Positions 46,887 to 61,264 of a stretch of DNA of 64,000 nt are shown here, in pieces. The DNA comes from Schmidtea polychroa (Eukaryota). The notes under the pieces were generated by a model. That model saw only the letters and a list, made by a program, of their open reading frames with translations, was not told the DNA's origin and ran no database searches. The position numbers and the translations under genes were made by a program. Positions within the stretch are counted from its first letter, which is position 1, and every line of letters begins with the position of its first letter. Where the stretch lies: contig CM097885.1 in assembly GCA_044892525.1 (NCBI GenBank), positions 235,478,001 through 235,542,000 on the forward strand. The letters run 5' to 3'.

Positions 46887-47250
46887 TGTTAGGGTTGGCC
46901 TAAGAAGATTAAAACCAAAATAAAAATCATAGAAATAAGGTGTAAATCAATAAAAACATCAAATCCAAAATAATAGTTAAAGCGCAAAAATTAATTTTAA
47001 AAAATTAAAAATTTAAAAAGAAATATTTTGCGGGGGAACCTGGTGTGGAGGATGCTAAATGATGAGACGAATTCAAATATAATAAAATCAACGGGATTCC
47101 TCATAAGAAAATATTTAAAGAAAACTTGTTTGGTGGGCGGACCTTATTTAAGGAAACACCTGAGATGCACAAATTCCACATTTCCTATCAAAAACTAATC
47201 TTTTCCAAATTTGCCAATAGGGGTTTGTGAAATAGTCATACCCTTAATTT
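46887..47250 (+). repeat. Partial LTR-like sequence related to 53907 and 61667 copies
   Basis: Starts TGTTAGGG, followed by AAAACCAAAA...AAATCAATAAAA as in the other copies. Confidence 0.4.
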
Positions 47251-47279
47251 ATAATCACTTATTGAGTGGCAACAGGAAA

Positions 47280-47520
47280 CTCTCCGGTCATTACTCACAC
47301 AGTTTTCTGCTGACGATGTCTTCAACCTGGATGAAACAGGACTCTTCTGACAACTATTTCCGAACAAAACCATGTCTTTCAAGGGAGACCAGTGTACAGG
47401 AGAAAAGAAAAGTGACAGTGAAAACTTTTCTTTTTCCAAAAGACCCCGTGCCTCCAAGAACAAGGAGATCCCGGTCGAATAAAAGGCGAACTCTAAGGCA
47501 TGAATGACCACGAAGCTTTT
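47280..47520 (+). pseudogene. pogo/Tigger transposase remnant
   Basis: VFNLDETGLF*QLFPNKT motif. Confidence 0.7.
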
Positions 47521-48769
47521 CGATAAAATATTGATCACTTAAAAAAGTATATTCCGAGTCTAATACTCTAAATTCTTTTGACAAATATTCCTGATGTTGT
47601 GTAAAAACAGAATTTGTCATGATTTTCTTCATAAATACAAAAAGTTGTTAACAAATATTAAAATCACCAAAATCATATTTATCAAAGGAAAACTTTATTT
47701 CAGAGATGACTTGAATAAATAATCGTATCAATTCTCTATAATATCCAACAAATATTACTAAAGATTTACAACTTAATTCTTTCAGAGAATCTTGGAATAG
47801 AAATTATTCGATGTATTACAGAGACATTCCAAATCGAATTCTTCTTCCTTCAGAATTCCTCAGTAATCAAGGCAGTCAAGTATATAAATGATAAAAGTTA
47901 TACCCAAATGATCGGGCTTTTGAATAGTCAGCTTTCGTACTCTATTTTCGAAAAAGTAATATTCATTTTTCAATCATTGTATTATCAATAACAGTAAAAA
48001 TGTCAATTACAAAAATGAGAATATCAAACTGAAAAAAAATATATATATATAGCTTTGTATTTGCTAACATTTTTATGGTCATGTCCTACCCAATAACCTT
48101 AGATATTTTGTAGCCTCAAGCCCTTCGTTATTTATATTAATTTTAAAATATATTTATTATTTTATATGTAGTGCATCTGACTAGCACTTTTATCAATTTA
48201 ATAATTGAACTAAAAATATATTATTAAATTAATTAAATTAAAATTAAATTAAAAACGAGTGTTTAAATAATCCGGTCTTTTTCCAAGAAAAAACATCAAA
48301 TTCAATATAAAAAGAAACAATAAATTATTTAACTTAACAATAATCAAATCGAGTCAAAATCAATAAATCAAATATGCCAGAAATTCGAGAAACAGAAACC
48401 TTTATCTTATTAGCAATGATCTCTCTGATGATGGTCAAGATTTTCAACAATCTCCATACAATCTCCAGATCAAGTGTTCGTGCTTTCGTCAGTATATTCA
48501 CTATTGGAGAAGATATGACAATTAATTACGGCAATGTTAATTTGAATAAATTCTTTATTCGAATTAATTGTATGTCTCTACATTATAATTTTACTATTAA
48601 AACATAAATTCACTTCGTTATTAAATGAACATTATATACATATATATAGTGGTAAACTATAATAATTTTAACAAAGGACTCTTTTCGTAGTTTTGTAAAA
48701 ATAAAAATTGTATATTGATAAATTATCATAATTTGAACGATTTAATTCATAATGCATTTGCACAGTACA

Positions 48770-49007
<238 letters not shown>

Positions 49008-49781
49008 AAAACGTTTCTACATATAAAATTAAAGAATATTTTTTGGATTGCTTATTGTAACGTTCACAATATCATAATTATCATACAAAATTTATTATTA
49101 TTTTTAAGATAATTAAATATTAAAAAATAAAAGATATTTTTTTATCTATACACTTTAATTTATTTTCCGAAATCCAAAATTCAAATCAAGCATGTCTAAC
49201 GAAATCTCTGAAGTTGCTAAAGAAGTCGAATAATCAAAAGTAGTTGCTGAAGTTGAAGAAACCGAACAAATCAAACAAGGCCAATCAACATTTGTCATAA
49301 ATAAATGTTGCATTTTAACACTGAATTATATCTTATAACACATATATAAATGGCTTTTTTACGACATAAGACGGACTCCCACTACACTTTCCGTGTTCCC
49401 CGGTAAAGAATAACTGTTCTAGGCGATAACAAACATTAGTATCAAACTTGATCTTTCAATTTCATTTACAATAATTTTTTAATATTTTAAATTATAAATT
49501 AAACAAATGAATTTTATTATTTTTATATACATCTTATTACTTTTACTTCATAATTTATAAGTAATTTTTATATTTATTTAATTTTAAAATTTTATCCAAA
49601 AATATAATTTTTACAGATTGTAATTGTTTTGTTCACCTTAGATCTGATTTTTTAAACATTTCATAGATTTTCATTAGGACTGTGTTATATAGGAAAAAAA
49701 TCCAAAAATTGATCTATATAGTCGTAATGAAAATAAATGAATTGTTACAATATAATTTTATAAAATTCAAATTTTTTGTTA

Positions 49782-52350
49782 GAGAACTATTTATTCGCTA
49801 TGTATTTTTTACTAAACGCTATGTATTTTATAAACACTTTCTATGTAGATAAATACACAGTATCAGTAGAGTAAAACACTTCTATGTTAATTAATTAATT
49901 CTAGATATTTAATACATTCGCTAAGTAATTAATTAAAAACTATGTAAAATAAATAAATGCCAAGTCAAGAAAACAAGTTATAAGTAAAATAAAAAAAACG
50001 ATATGTCAATTAATAAAATCCATCAATAAATCTTAATTTTTTCTAAGATATTCTTAGATCTTATTTTTTTTCAACAATTATTACAAACTTTCAATAAAGC
50101 GGTATGTTTTTCTACGTAAAGTCTTACAACTCTAATCATTTTGTTTATTTATTTATTATAAACAAAATTAAAACAAATACTGAACTTATAATGGCTAATA
50201 ATTTTGCAGAAGTTGAAGATTATCAGTCTGATCTCTAGTTTGATGTTGAAGTTACAAGTTTAAAGAAACCACGAGCCAAAAAATTGTCCAAAGTTTGGAC
50301 TCATGATAAAGTATTTAAAAGTGCTGAAGAAGCAAAAAATGCAATTAAAGAAGAGAAGATATGGATTTACTCTTATTCCAACAAAACTGAAGATGGTAAA
50401 AAAGTTTACTATCAATGCAATCAAGTTAAATTTAAAGGCAAGCAATGTGATTCTGCATTACATTTACTTTACGACTCAAGATCAGACGAAGTTATTCTTT
50501 TTAGGGCAGAAGCTGAGCATAAGCATGAAGAAAACATGTCTAAATCTGCAATATCTAACGAAGCTAAAGAACTAATTAAAGAGTTGTTTAAGCTTAAAAT
50601 AAAACCTAAGAGAATGTTAGAAATCTTTCATGAACGAGGTATAAAGCCTGTTCCTAGAACTATACAATTAAGAAATCAATTAAACAAGATTAGAAATGAA
50701 GTTTACGGGCCACCAGTAATAAGTTTAGGTGAGCTTGAAAATTGGCTTCAATCATCATCTTCTATACCAGAGTTAGAAGATGAATCCTTTGTAGTCAATT
50801 ATAAAATAACTTATGCCGATGAATATGAGTGTGAAGAGAGTAACGAAAAAAGCGATGAAGATGAAGAAAACCACGGCTCTAAATTTAAATTTTTTATGAG
50901 TACAATAAGATAACTTAATCTAGCCTCAGCATCAACAATTTTACATGCTGATGCAACTTATAAACTCATTTGGCAGGGCTATCCAATTTGAATCATTGGT
51001 ACAACCGATTTAGATAGGCACTTTCATTCGTTTGGCCTAGATATATGCACCAATGAAAAAACTGCTGATTTTAATTTTATTTTTTCAAATATCAATATTG
51101 GATTGAAAAAAATAATGCATCATTATTCAATCCTCGTGTATTGATTTCTGATGCTTCTAACGCTATACGTAAAGCTTATTCACAAGTTTTTAATAAAAAT
51201 GAAATTGTGATGTGTTGGGCACATATGCGTAGAAATTGTGTCAAAAAAATCGAGTCTTTAGTAGCTAAAGAAGATCAAAACGAATTAATTGAAGATGTAG
51301 ATCAACTTCAATTGTCACAAAGCCAAGTCATTTTTGAAAAAGCAAGTTCTCTATTTGTTAAAAAATGGAGACAAAAAAAAGCGACTGAGTTTTTAGACTA
51401 TATGAATATGATGTGGCTTACGACACACAATACTTGGTATGAAGGATACATGCCCTTCACGCCAAGTACTAACAATAATCTAGAGTCAAATATCGAGTTC
51501 TTAAAGACGAAGAAACTATTAGAGAGCGCACGACATTATATAGATTTAGCAAACAAGCTTTAGATATTGTTAAAAAGTGGTCACTAGCATATCCTCGAAG
51601 TCTGAAGGAGTTTATTACAAAACAATCAATCGACACAGCATTATGGACACAGTCTTATCAATGGGCTAAAGAAAGCAAAGCAATTCTTTCGGTGCCCCAA
51701 GAATAGTCGACAAACTACTATGTTTCAGCTAGTGATGCAACTATAACTCAAGAAGACATTGACAAAGTTGAAAAAATGCGCTGGACAACATTCAATCAAT
51801 TTACGAAGCGAGCTTTTACTGTCTGGCGCATTAATTTACCAAACGATAAAGCCAATTGGGCCGACGGTCAGTGCAATTTTCCAGCATTTTTAAAAAAATT
51901 TATTTGCAAGCATATTGTCGGCATTTCAATCAGACTTAAATATTGCAAAGTACCGGCAGTAGCTAAGAATACCTCTATTGGATGTAAACTACCAAGAGGA
52001 AGACCAACTAATGCTAAAAAAGCCTTATTAAAACAATAATTTCAAATATTTTTATAATAGTCTTTGTGAAATAGTCTTTGAATTTTTATGGATTTTTTTA
52101 TAGTGTCACTTTTTGTTTATTCTTATGAATTTTTCATTGTTTTACTTAGTTTTTGTATTTTTTTACTTATAAAAATTAAAAATATTACCTATAATAAAAT
52201 AATTAAATACCTAATGAATTCTATTTTTTTACTTATATAATTAATATAATACTTAGCATTTTATAAATATTTACTTAGAAAAAAATACATAAAGGCACTA
52301 ATAAAATACATAGCGTTTAGTAAAAAATAAATAGCGAATAAATAGGAGCC
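49782..52350 (+). mobile_element. Mutator-like (MULE) DNA transposon, disrupted transposase
   Basis: 9-bp TSD TTTTTGTTA (49773-49781; 52351-52359). Imperfect TIRs CTATTTATTCGCTA. Motifs HADATYK, ISDASNAI, MCWAH, STNNNLES, SWIM-like C..CKH and PRGRP across broken ORFs 50191-52039. Confidence 0.92.
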
Positions 52351-52995
52351 TTTTTGTTATGGTTTAATAAAAAGAAATATCAAACCAGTAAATGAAAATA
52401 TAAGCCTTTTGCTGCAAAGTATATATTAAATAAAATGAAAAGATTTCGATTATGACAATTATTTTGCAGCAAAAGCCTCATCATCATTTAGTTGTTTAAC
52501 ATTTATTTAATCCTGCTACCAAAAACTCATCATTTTATACTTTTAAAAAAATATCAAAATCAAATATTTCCAAGAAAAAGAAGCGTTTTATAATTCTCAA
52601 TTACAAAATAATTTAAATAGAAATTCTGCTGATCAAAATTTCAAATTTTCAGGCATTGGAAATGAATATTTTACAAAGAAAGATTTATTGGATCTCAGTT
52701 ATGTACGAAATGGATCATGAGAAACTCCGGCGCTTCCTGATTCCATATTTCTATCTAATTATTTTATTGCCTCGTGCTATAAATTCAAGTTCGTTGAAAT
52801 CAGAAACTTCATTTTTGGTAAGTAAACTACCAATTGTGGTTAATATTTTTAAATATTATTAGAATATTGAAATTGGAAAAATTAATTTCTAAGAACAATT
52901 TTTGCCAAACTTTTTCCGTTGTCTGGCCATTTTAATACTGTTCTTTCATGACCCCTCAAACCTTTTATATCCTTTACAATAAACTAAATTATTAA

Positions 52996-53240
52996 CCTCT
53001 TAAGTGGCTATAACGGATATATACGTCATCAACATATACATTACAATTGACAAAATATGTTAAAAATATATCATAAATATTACTTTTGTTAACATATTAT
53101 CTTAATAAATATCATCCAATAAGATATTATTTCATTTTTTGTAACACTATGCCCAAGACGTATATATATATACGCTAGAGTATAACAAAACTCGCCGCTG
53201 AGGAGCGCATTTCGTTTTACGAAATAAACCACTTAAGAGG
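52996..53240. mobile_element. piggyBac-like MITE
   Basis: TTAA|CCTCTTAAGTGG ... CCACTTAAGAGG|TTAA. Confidence 0.8.
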
Positions 53241-53906
53241 TTAAGTGAATTATTTATTCAATTGATGCGATACTTGTATTTTAGAGTTTAATAAAAATCT
53301 TCGAATTGATTTTTGAAAGATCATAAATTTTTTAATCGTAGATTTTGTAATTATTTTTCAGTAAAAAAATTGTTAATTTTTGGTATTTTGTAAAATTATG
53401 TTATTGAACAGAATTGTAATTAATATATTTCTTTAATGATATTGTAAATTTATAGTGGTTGACCATGAAAATGTTATCACTGGACAGAAAAGTAAAAACA
53501 AATAAAAAAAACTTTTGGCTCATTAAGTTTTTATAAAAAAATGACGATACGATATTTTTCTCCATAGCGAATTATTTTAGCCGACATTTAAAGATGACGA
53601 ATATCTTTTCGACCTTAAAATCCTCATTTTTTGAAACAAATTAAAATGATCCTAGAAATGTCAGGTTCTAACGCCGTATCTTTACTTAATAACATTTCAT
53701 CGTTAGTTCTTTATTTTTTGTGGTCATTTCATAATATCTGGATAACGATATTATATCAACATTAACAATAAGTATCCTCTTGACGGTTTTACAACGTGGT
53801 GCGATTAGTAAGTACGCAGACTATCCAATAAAAATAAAAGTAATTTAACAATATTCCAGTGAAATCATAAAATCTTTGGTTACAAAAATATAGTTTGTTT
53901 TAATAT

Positions 53907-54676
53907 TGTTGTACTAAAACCAAAAAGTATATATATAGAAAAGGTATAACAAATATAGTTAAAATCAGTAAAAAGTGCAAAATTAATTAAAATTTACTGA
54001 AAATTGTAAATCAATATTGAACGGGGGAAATGAATATGGTTGAATGCCAAATGGAAAGACAAATTCAGAAACTATAATGAAAATTTAATGAGGGGTTCAC
54101 AGGGAAAGATAACGAAAAACAAATTAATTAAAGTTAATTAATCCGTAATGGGAAGTCCGAGCTAATGGGCAGCCCGAGCGCTTTAGACCCGGCTGATTAG
54201 ATTGGGAATCAAAGCCATCCGAGCGCTAATCCGAGGCAAACAAATTAAAATGATTTAACAATCCTCAGAATATTTACTCAAGATTCCCGAAAGCTAATTA
54301 TTTGCAATAATCCCAAATTCTGTAGATAATTGGCCTCTCAAAAAAAGTATAAAAAGAAAGCTCAAAAACAGATAAGCCGCAGTTGGTCGAAGAATTTCGA
54401 GAGAAATTAACTGAAGAAGACAGTCAGCGATCAGAGGACGAAATATAGTAATTGAAAGCAAAACTTAATTAACTCTTGTACCAGAAAAGGTGATTGTCAT
54501 TTGGGGTGTCTACCTCAGGAAGCAATATTTATTGGAGGGAAAGGTGCAAATCTAGCAACGAATTGTAATTTTGATTGAAGTTTAATAATGTTATTCTGTG
54601 TTGGGTTTCGATTTATTTTTTAAAATAAGAACACAAGGAGTCAGAGAAAGCCGACTTGTAAAACAATAACCCAACA
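53907..54676 (+). repeat. Solo LTR
   Basis: TGTTG...CCCAACA termini with flanks ATAT/ATAG. TATAAAA at ~54349. Homologous to the copy starting at 61667. Confidence 0.65.
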
Positions 54677-54939
54677 ATAGCATGAAAGAACACAGCTTCA
54701 ATTTATTTGATAAATCATGCTAAATCCTGTCGCGTATCAAAGTGTGATTAGATTCTTTGTTTAGTGTGATGACAACTGTCAACTAATATAGAATCCGTTG
54801 CAGACAACTTATGGTAAATATAGTGATTTGTTATATTATATTTTTTTCGTTGTAGTAAACATGAAATTTGTATAGGAACGACAAATTAAAGTCATTTTTT
54901 ATATTATTGCGTTTGTTGAATTAATAAAACAAATAGTAC

Positions 54940-55420
54940 TATATAGAGTAATTTCCTATAGTAAATAATTACTATAGAGAATTACAAAGACAAAAAACTA
55001 ATAAAGAAAATCAAAATATTTTTAAAACTACAAAACTCCAACTATAATCCTAACAACGGAAGAATTAGAATCTTATCAAAATAACTAATTAGAAGTAAAT
55101 TAACCAACAAATATTTAAGAGATTAATTAAAGAAACAAATTCTGATTTACACTTGAAGTAGAATATTTTCCAAACACTGAGTTCGGAGAAAATTAATCCG
55201 AGAACATCTAGAAAATTAATCAGAAAAATAAGTTTGAATCCCTCATTAAAAGGTTATAATAAGATCGACTTTGATTTTGATCCACCAAACATATCCGACA
55301 AAATAACTGAAGGTTCGCCGATAGAACAATTAAGTATATTTTTTTGTTAATAAACTTGTAAATATTATTGTTTGTTATTGGGTATATAATTTATTAAACA
55401 CTCCGCCTGTCCCACCACAA
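54940..55420 (+). repeat. LTR-like repeat homologous in reverse to ~62500-63120
   Basis: Shared ACTATAGTAAAT palindromic block and AATAAAGAAA(A)TCAAA segment. Confidence 0.45.
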
Positions 55421-56636
55421 CTTTTAAAGGATACCCTGTCGGGCTCTACAGATTTCTCTCACATATAAAACTAAACACATATATACAAACATTCCTCGGT
55501 TCACAATAACAGTAATATATGCTCTTTTCGTACCATAATCTACAATTATATTAGTCACATCAAATATAATGCCAGTCAGTATTTGATTATGATAAAGTTG
55601 GTTGTCCTTGTGAAATTTCTGATCAAAAAAAGAGAGGAATGTTTGAAAATTGTGAAGAAAGAACACAAAATCACTATTAAGGAAATCTCAGTGTTTGAAT
55701 GTATGAAGTCTACATGGCATCTTGAATGAATCTGGCGTAAGGAAATTTGCATCCGATTTCGTCCAACGTTTTCAAAACATGAGAAAAAATATTTGATGAA
55801 CATGGTAACCAATTCCTCAGAAATATTATTACTGTGGATAAAGCTATATCCCTTTATTTCTCTGAGACAAAACCTAAGTTTAGTGAATGGAAATTCCATA
55901 GAGAAACGAGTTCCAGGAAGATGAGATCTGGAATATATGATCAAAACTCATTGATGTTGACAATTTATTTGGAACCAAACGGTATGTGTAAGAATTTCGT
56001 TGAAAAAGTCTGCGAATTAATTCCGCCTAATACAGCAGCTTCGTGAGCACATGTAGACATTATCTCCGAAAGCCACGTTTCCTCCCTCTATGGCTTATCC
56101 AAGACAACGATAGTAGTATGTTTTGAGGGCGTAACACTAACGGTTGAGCATTTTCAGCGGTTGAAGATTCTTGATTTTTTTGGATTAATTTACCAATTTC
56201 TTGTAATTAAAAAGTGGCTGCATAGTGACGACGAAATGGTTCGTTATCGTATTTATGCTTGTAATTTAATGGGTGAAACTAATCAAATCGATACAAATAA
56301 CTTACATATATTTGTGTATCATGTACATAACCCGTGTGAGTCAATAACATTTAAGTGTAAAACCTCCAGCAACTGCAAGGAAAAAAATTCAAATGCATCT
56401 ACACCTATATGATCAAAGTCAATATTAAAAGCGTTCTTTTGTGATGAACATAAGCAAAATTAAAAAAAAATTCTTGTGTTAAAAAATTACAATAAAGAAA
56501 ACTATTTATCTTCATTTTATAAAATAAATTATACTTTAATTTGAATTTTTTATAACTGACAAAGTTTTTTTAAATAAAAATTAAAAAGTCAACGATATTT
56601 TATCAACAAATTTGATAAGTATAAATACATTTAAAG

Positions 56637-57099
56637 CAGGGGTGGGGAACCTTTTTATTTCCATAGGCCACATTGAAATTTGTCGCCTACAAATGAGGCC
56701 GCAGTCAAAAAGTATTTTAACATTAAAATCTTCATTTAAAATCTTTTCTTTTACATACATATTCTGGAAAATTTTTATTATTTCTGAATCGAAAAATTGA
56801 TGCAAATAAGTCATAATTTCACAAATGGGTGCTCAATAATCTTATTTATTCTTCTACATACGTCTTGTATTTATGGGTGTGAATGATTGACTTTTGTATT
56901 TCGTTCTGTGTACTCGGCGGGATGCTTGTACAATATGATATATATACAGTTCAGTAGTTACAATTATTTTTATTTGTAAATCCTCAAAATTCAAGGTTTT
57001 TCATATAAATTAAGATTTATTTCGATAAGGCTCCGGAGGCCGCACATGAAGCTCCGGGAGGCCACATGCGGCCTAAAGGCCGCAGGTTCCCCACCCCTG
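56637..57099. mobile_element. Non-autonomous hAT (Charlie/Buster-like) element
   Basis: TIRs CAGGGGTGGGGAACCT/AGGTTCCCCACCCCTG; 8-bp TSD ATTTAAAG. Confidence 0.92.
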
Positions 57100-58092
57100 A
57101 TTTAAAGCATTTAAAACATGTATAAGTAAGGATTTCAACATAAAATCATATATTGAAACCACATACAATAATGATTTTGTATAAATTAAATATACATAAA
57201 TATAATACAAATAGTAAAACAAATAAGAAACTAATAAACTATTAATTTGAAACCAAAAATCATAAAAATAATTAAAAAAGATATTAGAAAATTAACAAAT
57301 ATGTACATACTATTATTCCAATAAATTGTTTTTTATTATTTATATGCTCTAGAATTATTATGTTAGAATTATTGCCTCAAGAGGAAACAATCCGAAGCTA
57401 CATCCACACAGGGTAACCAGACAAAATGAAATTAGTTTTGTTTTATTTAATAAACATTTGTTAAAATTCATCCCATTGCCAAAATTCTATTAATGATTGT
57501 ATTTTGCAATTTAGATTACATTTTACAAATAAATAAAAATCTCAAAGGAATTTAACAATTTAATAATGTCATCACAAATAAAATTAATAGGATGTTACTT
57601 TAATCTTTTTTTTTAATTCTTTCTAGAATTAATTAACCCATTCCAAAAGTTAATTAAATTCTTTTTATAAAATCAAATATTAATTTGAGAAAAAACTAAT
57701 TAAAAATAAACTAAAGTTGATAAAAACAATATTAAAATTATTGATTTTTAAGATTGCAGACCAACAATTTCGAAATTTAATATCCAAAATAAAATATTAT
57801 ATATATAAATCAAAAACTGTCTTTCAAAAAACTGGCTAAATATATTATTTATTATTAAATAAAAGTGATATAGGCTTACTTTATCGAAAATGTTTATTAT
57901 ACACGATTTCCAAATTAAATTTGTTATAAGCAGATACAAAATGAGTCACATTCGCAAGAGATTGTTTATATAAGTAAATTTTAAATAAATTAAAGTTGAA
58001 AAACACGTTTAATTACAATCTGGAGTATTTAATCATTCAATTTAATTATTCACGTGTCTTTGACTGCATGCTACAAATATGTATGTGTGGAT

Positions 58093-61000
58093 TAGGGTGG
58101 GTCGAATGTTAATAAATTTTGAGTTCAAGAAAGGAAACATGGTTAAAAAGTTGTATTTTGGTATAGAAAAATCGAATCAAACCATTTTACTTAGATTTAT
58201 GGACATTTACTGCTCCCAACTTTTCTCCGAAAATGCAGTTCAACATAAGTTTGAAAACAATGTAATTTGGCTAGTGTCGGAATGTGTTTTGCGCCTTTGT
58301 CCATATTTAGATGTAGCTTTCTTAAGAGCTTATAAGTATATTATTTACTCTCTTGGGCTGAGATAGTATATTCTGTGTCGTCATCCCGCATTGAAATATA
58401 TCCTGACAACGTCAGTGATTAGGAAGGGCCAAATTTGAATTATCCTTTTCAAAGACAAAAATCAACTTTCGAAATTATTTTTTATTAAAAACATCCAGTC
58501 AAAAGTTTAGAAATGTATTAGCGAGGGCATAAAAAGAAGTCACATGAAATCAGCTTTGCTTTGCACCTTGGGCAATTCCTTCCTTGATTTTTTACACAGT
58601 AGTACCATACCATGTCTGGACTTGTGACCAAACACTTTGCAACTGGCAGAAGAAACATCTTTGATGGCTCTTTCAACGGCTTGAGAATGACAGGGAAATT
58701 GTTCTAATGTAATTTTCTTATTCATCTTCAATTCATGATCCAATATATGAGATAAAAGAGGGGGAGGCGTCAAATTACATTTTGTCCAGTCAATCATGTC
58801 AACATATGATGTAGCAGACGACTGAAGAAAGACAGTATTCTTGTCCATAGTGCGAATCACTTCGGAAGGGAGAAAATTTTGTCTTGCAGTTATGATTTTT
58901 TCTGTTGCAAACTTTCTGATTTCTTCATCATCATCACCAACAGCAGCTAGGAGTATATTTTCTGGATGTGAGAAGTAATTGTTGTTCTGAATGACAGGAA
59001 AGATGATTTCTTGGTCTGATGGATCCAAATCCTGCAGAAGTTGGAGCATATAAAAAATATTTCTTGCACCATCTTGGCATGACGAGTGAGTCTTTATATA
59101 AAACCATGACGGTCCATAGAAATTGACAATAAATTTCACTATTCGCATGAGAGGTTCAGATGGAGCAGTTTCGGACATATATAGTCGCAGAATTCTATTA
59201 GCTTTCGTTAGCCAGCGACTGTGATTCAAATTTCCTGGTTGTGCCATTTGTAGAAAAGGGACATCCTTGTTGTTGTGGTACCCTTTCTGGACTGCCAAGC
59301 ATACTCTGAGGAAATACAATTGATCAGTGTTCAATTTTTTCTTGACATTTTCACTAATATCTACGACCTTTCCAGGAAGGGACATAAAGGCTACTACGGG
59401 CTTGTCTTTTGGATCAAAATCAAGAACGCTTCCTATTTCACCACATGACGTTTTTGGACCTTTTGTTTCTCCACCATCGACGACTGAAAAATACTTCCTG
59501 AATGGCAATTCATTTGCATGCAACAAGCATATCAGCCATTGTAGAGGTCGCCCTAGGCTTTTTTCGAGTCTTCTGATTATTCCATTATTTTTTCCGGTTT
59601 TTGTATTGGTTCCATCGCACACAATTGCTTGAAGGGTCAGTGAGGACTGCGTGCTAACGATGATTGACATGATTTCTTTGCCAATATCCACAGCTTTACT
59701 ACTTTGAGGTACAACATGATCGATATATGTATCCCCTGGATAGGCGACAATCACATAATGCTCCTCTTTTAGGATCCTTCTATGAAGTAAGGTGGAATCT
59801 TGTTTCCCGTCGAAACCGAAACAAATCAAGTTTTTCGCTTCTGCTGAATGCTGTTCAATTTCTCTCTCCCTCCAGTACTTTCTCTGACGCCGTAATTTTG
59901 CGGGATCGATGATTGTTTTAGAGGATAACAGTTCCATATCTTTCAGAAAAGCGTTTACTAGCAAACACGTGTCTCTGTTGCTCACACCACATCTGTCAAC
60001 AGCTTTACTTAATTCAGGATAATGTCTTCTATTTTGAAATTCATCACATTCTTCTACGCTTGACTCTGAGCTTTCTGTTGAATTGTCTAACTTATCTTTA
60101 CTTTCATCACTAGTGGCTTCACTCTCCGTGTCACTTCTTGAGGTCGGATGTAGATCGTTAACTTCAGTGTCCATTATTTCATTTTTCATTTGTTTTCCTT
60201 TTCCTGTAGGGCTGCTTTTCGTTTGTTTTCTCTTCAATTTTGAGGTTTCCTGTCTGTCCGTATTTCCGATTTTCATGTTTCTGGTAGTTTGTTGGTCAAT
60301 CCAGAACTCCCACTCTAAGGTAGGAATTTTCAAGGCCAATCGGCATGTACACTGACTTCTTCCACGAGCACCATCATTAAAACATTTGCAGCAACATATG
60401 TCAAACAATTTGGAAAACGAGCTTAACTTATCTTGAAATTTGGCAGATGACCTCTTGCATTCTGGATACTTCTCTAATTCACGCACTTTTGATATTAGTC
60501 GCTTGACACGAACCACAATACTACTGAACTCAACAGTTGGGATACTTGCCTTCATATAAATTTCCTTCACCTTATTTGCGAGAAGAGTTGCTTGTTCGTT
60601 AAAGCCAGTATGAAATTGCGTACATTTCTCATTGTAACAGTAATCACGAAACACATCTTCACAAGTAGGTAATTGGTTTCTGGGTAGTTCACAAGTTTGA
60701 CCAAACAGACAATGACGTGATTTACTTCTTGTTTTGCGAAATTGCTTATTTCTCTGTCCCTTCATAACTGCTCTTCTGTACTCAGCTCTGGCAAAATAAA
60801 AGTGAATCATCAAGTTAACTTTTTTAATTAGGTCCAGCAAACACTTGACATCCAATCGAAACAAATTAAATTATCTGAGTTTAGACTGACTAGTAGTATC
60901 CATGTGGATTATGTGTTGACTGTAGTGTGTGTGTTAGTATTGTTCAGAAGAAATTGTCTTTGTGAGTGCTTGTGTGAAGGTGCTTCCGTGAATTAACCTC

Positions 61001-61264
61001 TCTATACATGCACGCGTTAGCTTGGACTTGTGAATAGAGCATGTCAAAAATGGTCTTTCTGCAAGCGTGTGACTGCTTGCAGGATGAATTTACAATGGCA
61101 CGTGTGCGAGCATTTTTACTGGGATAGTACTAATACATACAAACAAAAGTTGGGACCTGTAAACCCTTTTAAACAGCAGTCTTTTGCAGGGATATTTCAT
61201 TTTCTAGCATAAGCACAACTTTTTAGGCATGTTTGGAGAAAAAAAAAATTTTCGACCCACCCTA
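58093..61264 (-). mobile_element. Full-length hATm-like DNA transposon
   Basis: TIRs TAGGGTGGGTCGAA/TTCGACCCACCCTA; perfect 8-bp TSD GTGTGGAT (58085-58092; 61265-61272). Confidence 0.93.
58540..60864 (-). CDS. hATm-like transposase, uninterrupted (true start uncertain, possibly spliced)
   Basis: FGFDGKQD, VCDGTNT, WLICLLHANELPFR, SRWLT and PCHSQAVER motifs in a 774-codon open frame. Confidence 0.88.
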   Translation of the reverse strand: MFRLDVKCLLDLIKKVNLMIHFYFARAEYRRAVMKGQRNKQFRKTRSKSRHCLFGQTCELPRNQLPTCEDVFRDYCYNEKCTQFHTGFNEQATLLANKVKEIYMKASIPTVEFSSIVVRVKRLISKVRELEKYPECKRSSAKFQDKLSSFSKLFDICCCKCFNDGARGRSQCTCRLALKIPTLEWEFWIDQQTTRNMKIGNTDRQETSKLKRKQTKSSPTGKGKQMKNEIMDTEVNDLHPTSRSDTESEATSDESKDKLDNSTESSESSVEECDEFQNRRHYPELSKAVDRCGVSNRDTCLLVNAFLKDMELLSSKTIIDPAKLRRQRKYWREREIEQHSAEAKNLICFGFDGKQDSTLLHRRILKEEHYVIVAYPGDTYIDHVVPQSSKAVDIGKEIMSIIVSTQSSLTLQAIVCDGTNTKTGKNNGIIRRLEKSLGRPLQWLICLLHANELPFRKYFSVVDGGETKGPKTSCGEIGSVLDFDPKDKPVVAFMSLPGKVVDISENVKKKLNTDQLYFLRVCLAVQKGYHNNKDVPFLQMAQPGNLNHSRWLTKANRILRLYMSETAPSEPLMRIVKFIVNFYGPSWFYIKTHSSCQDGARNIFYMLQLLQDLDPSDQEIIFPVIQNNNYFSHPENILLAAVGDDDEEIRKFATEKIITARQNFLPSEVIRTMDKNTVFLQSSATSYVDMIDWTKCNLTPPPLLSHILDHELKMNKKITLEQFPCHSQAVERAIKDVSSASCKVFGHKSRHGMVLLCKKSRKELPKVQSKADFM

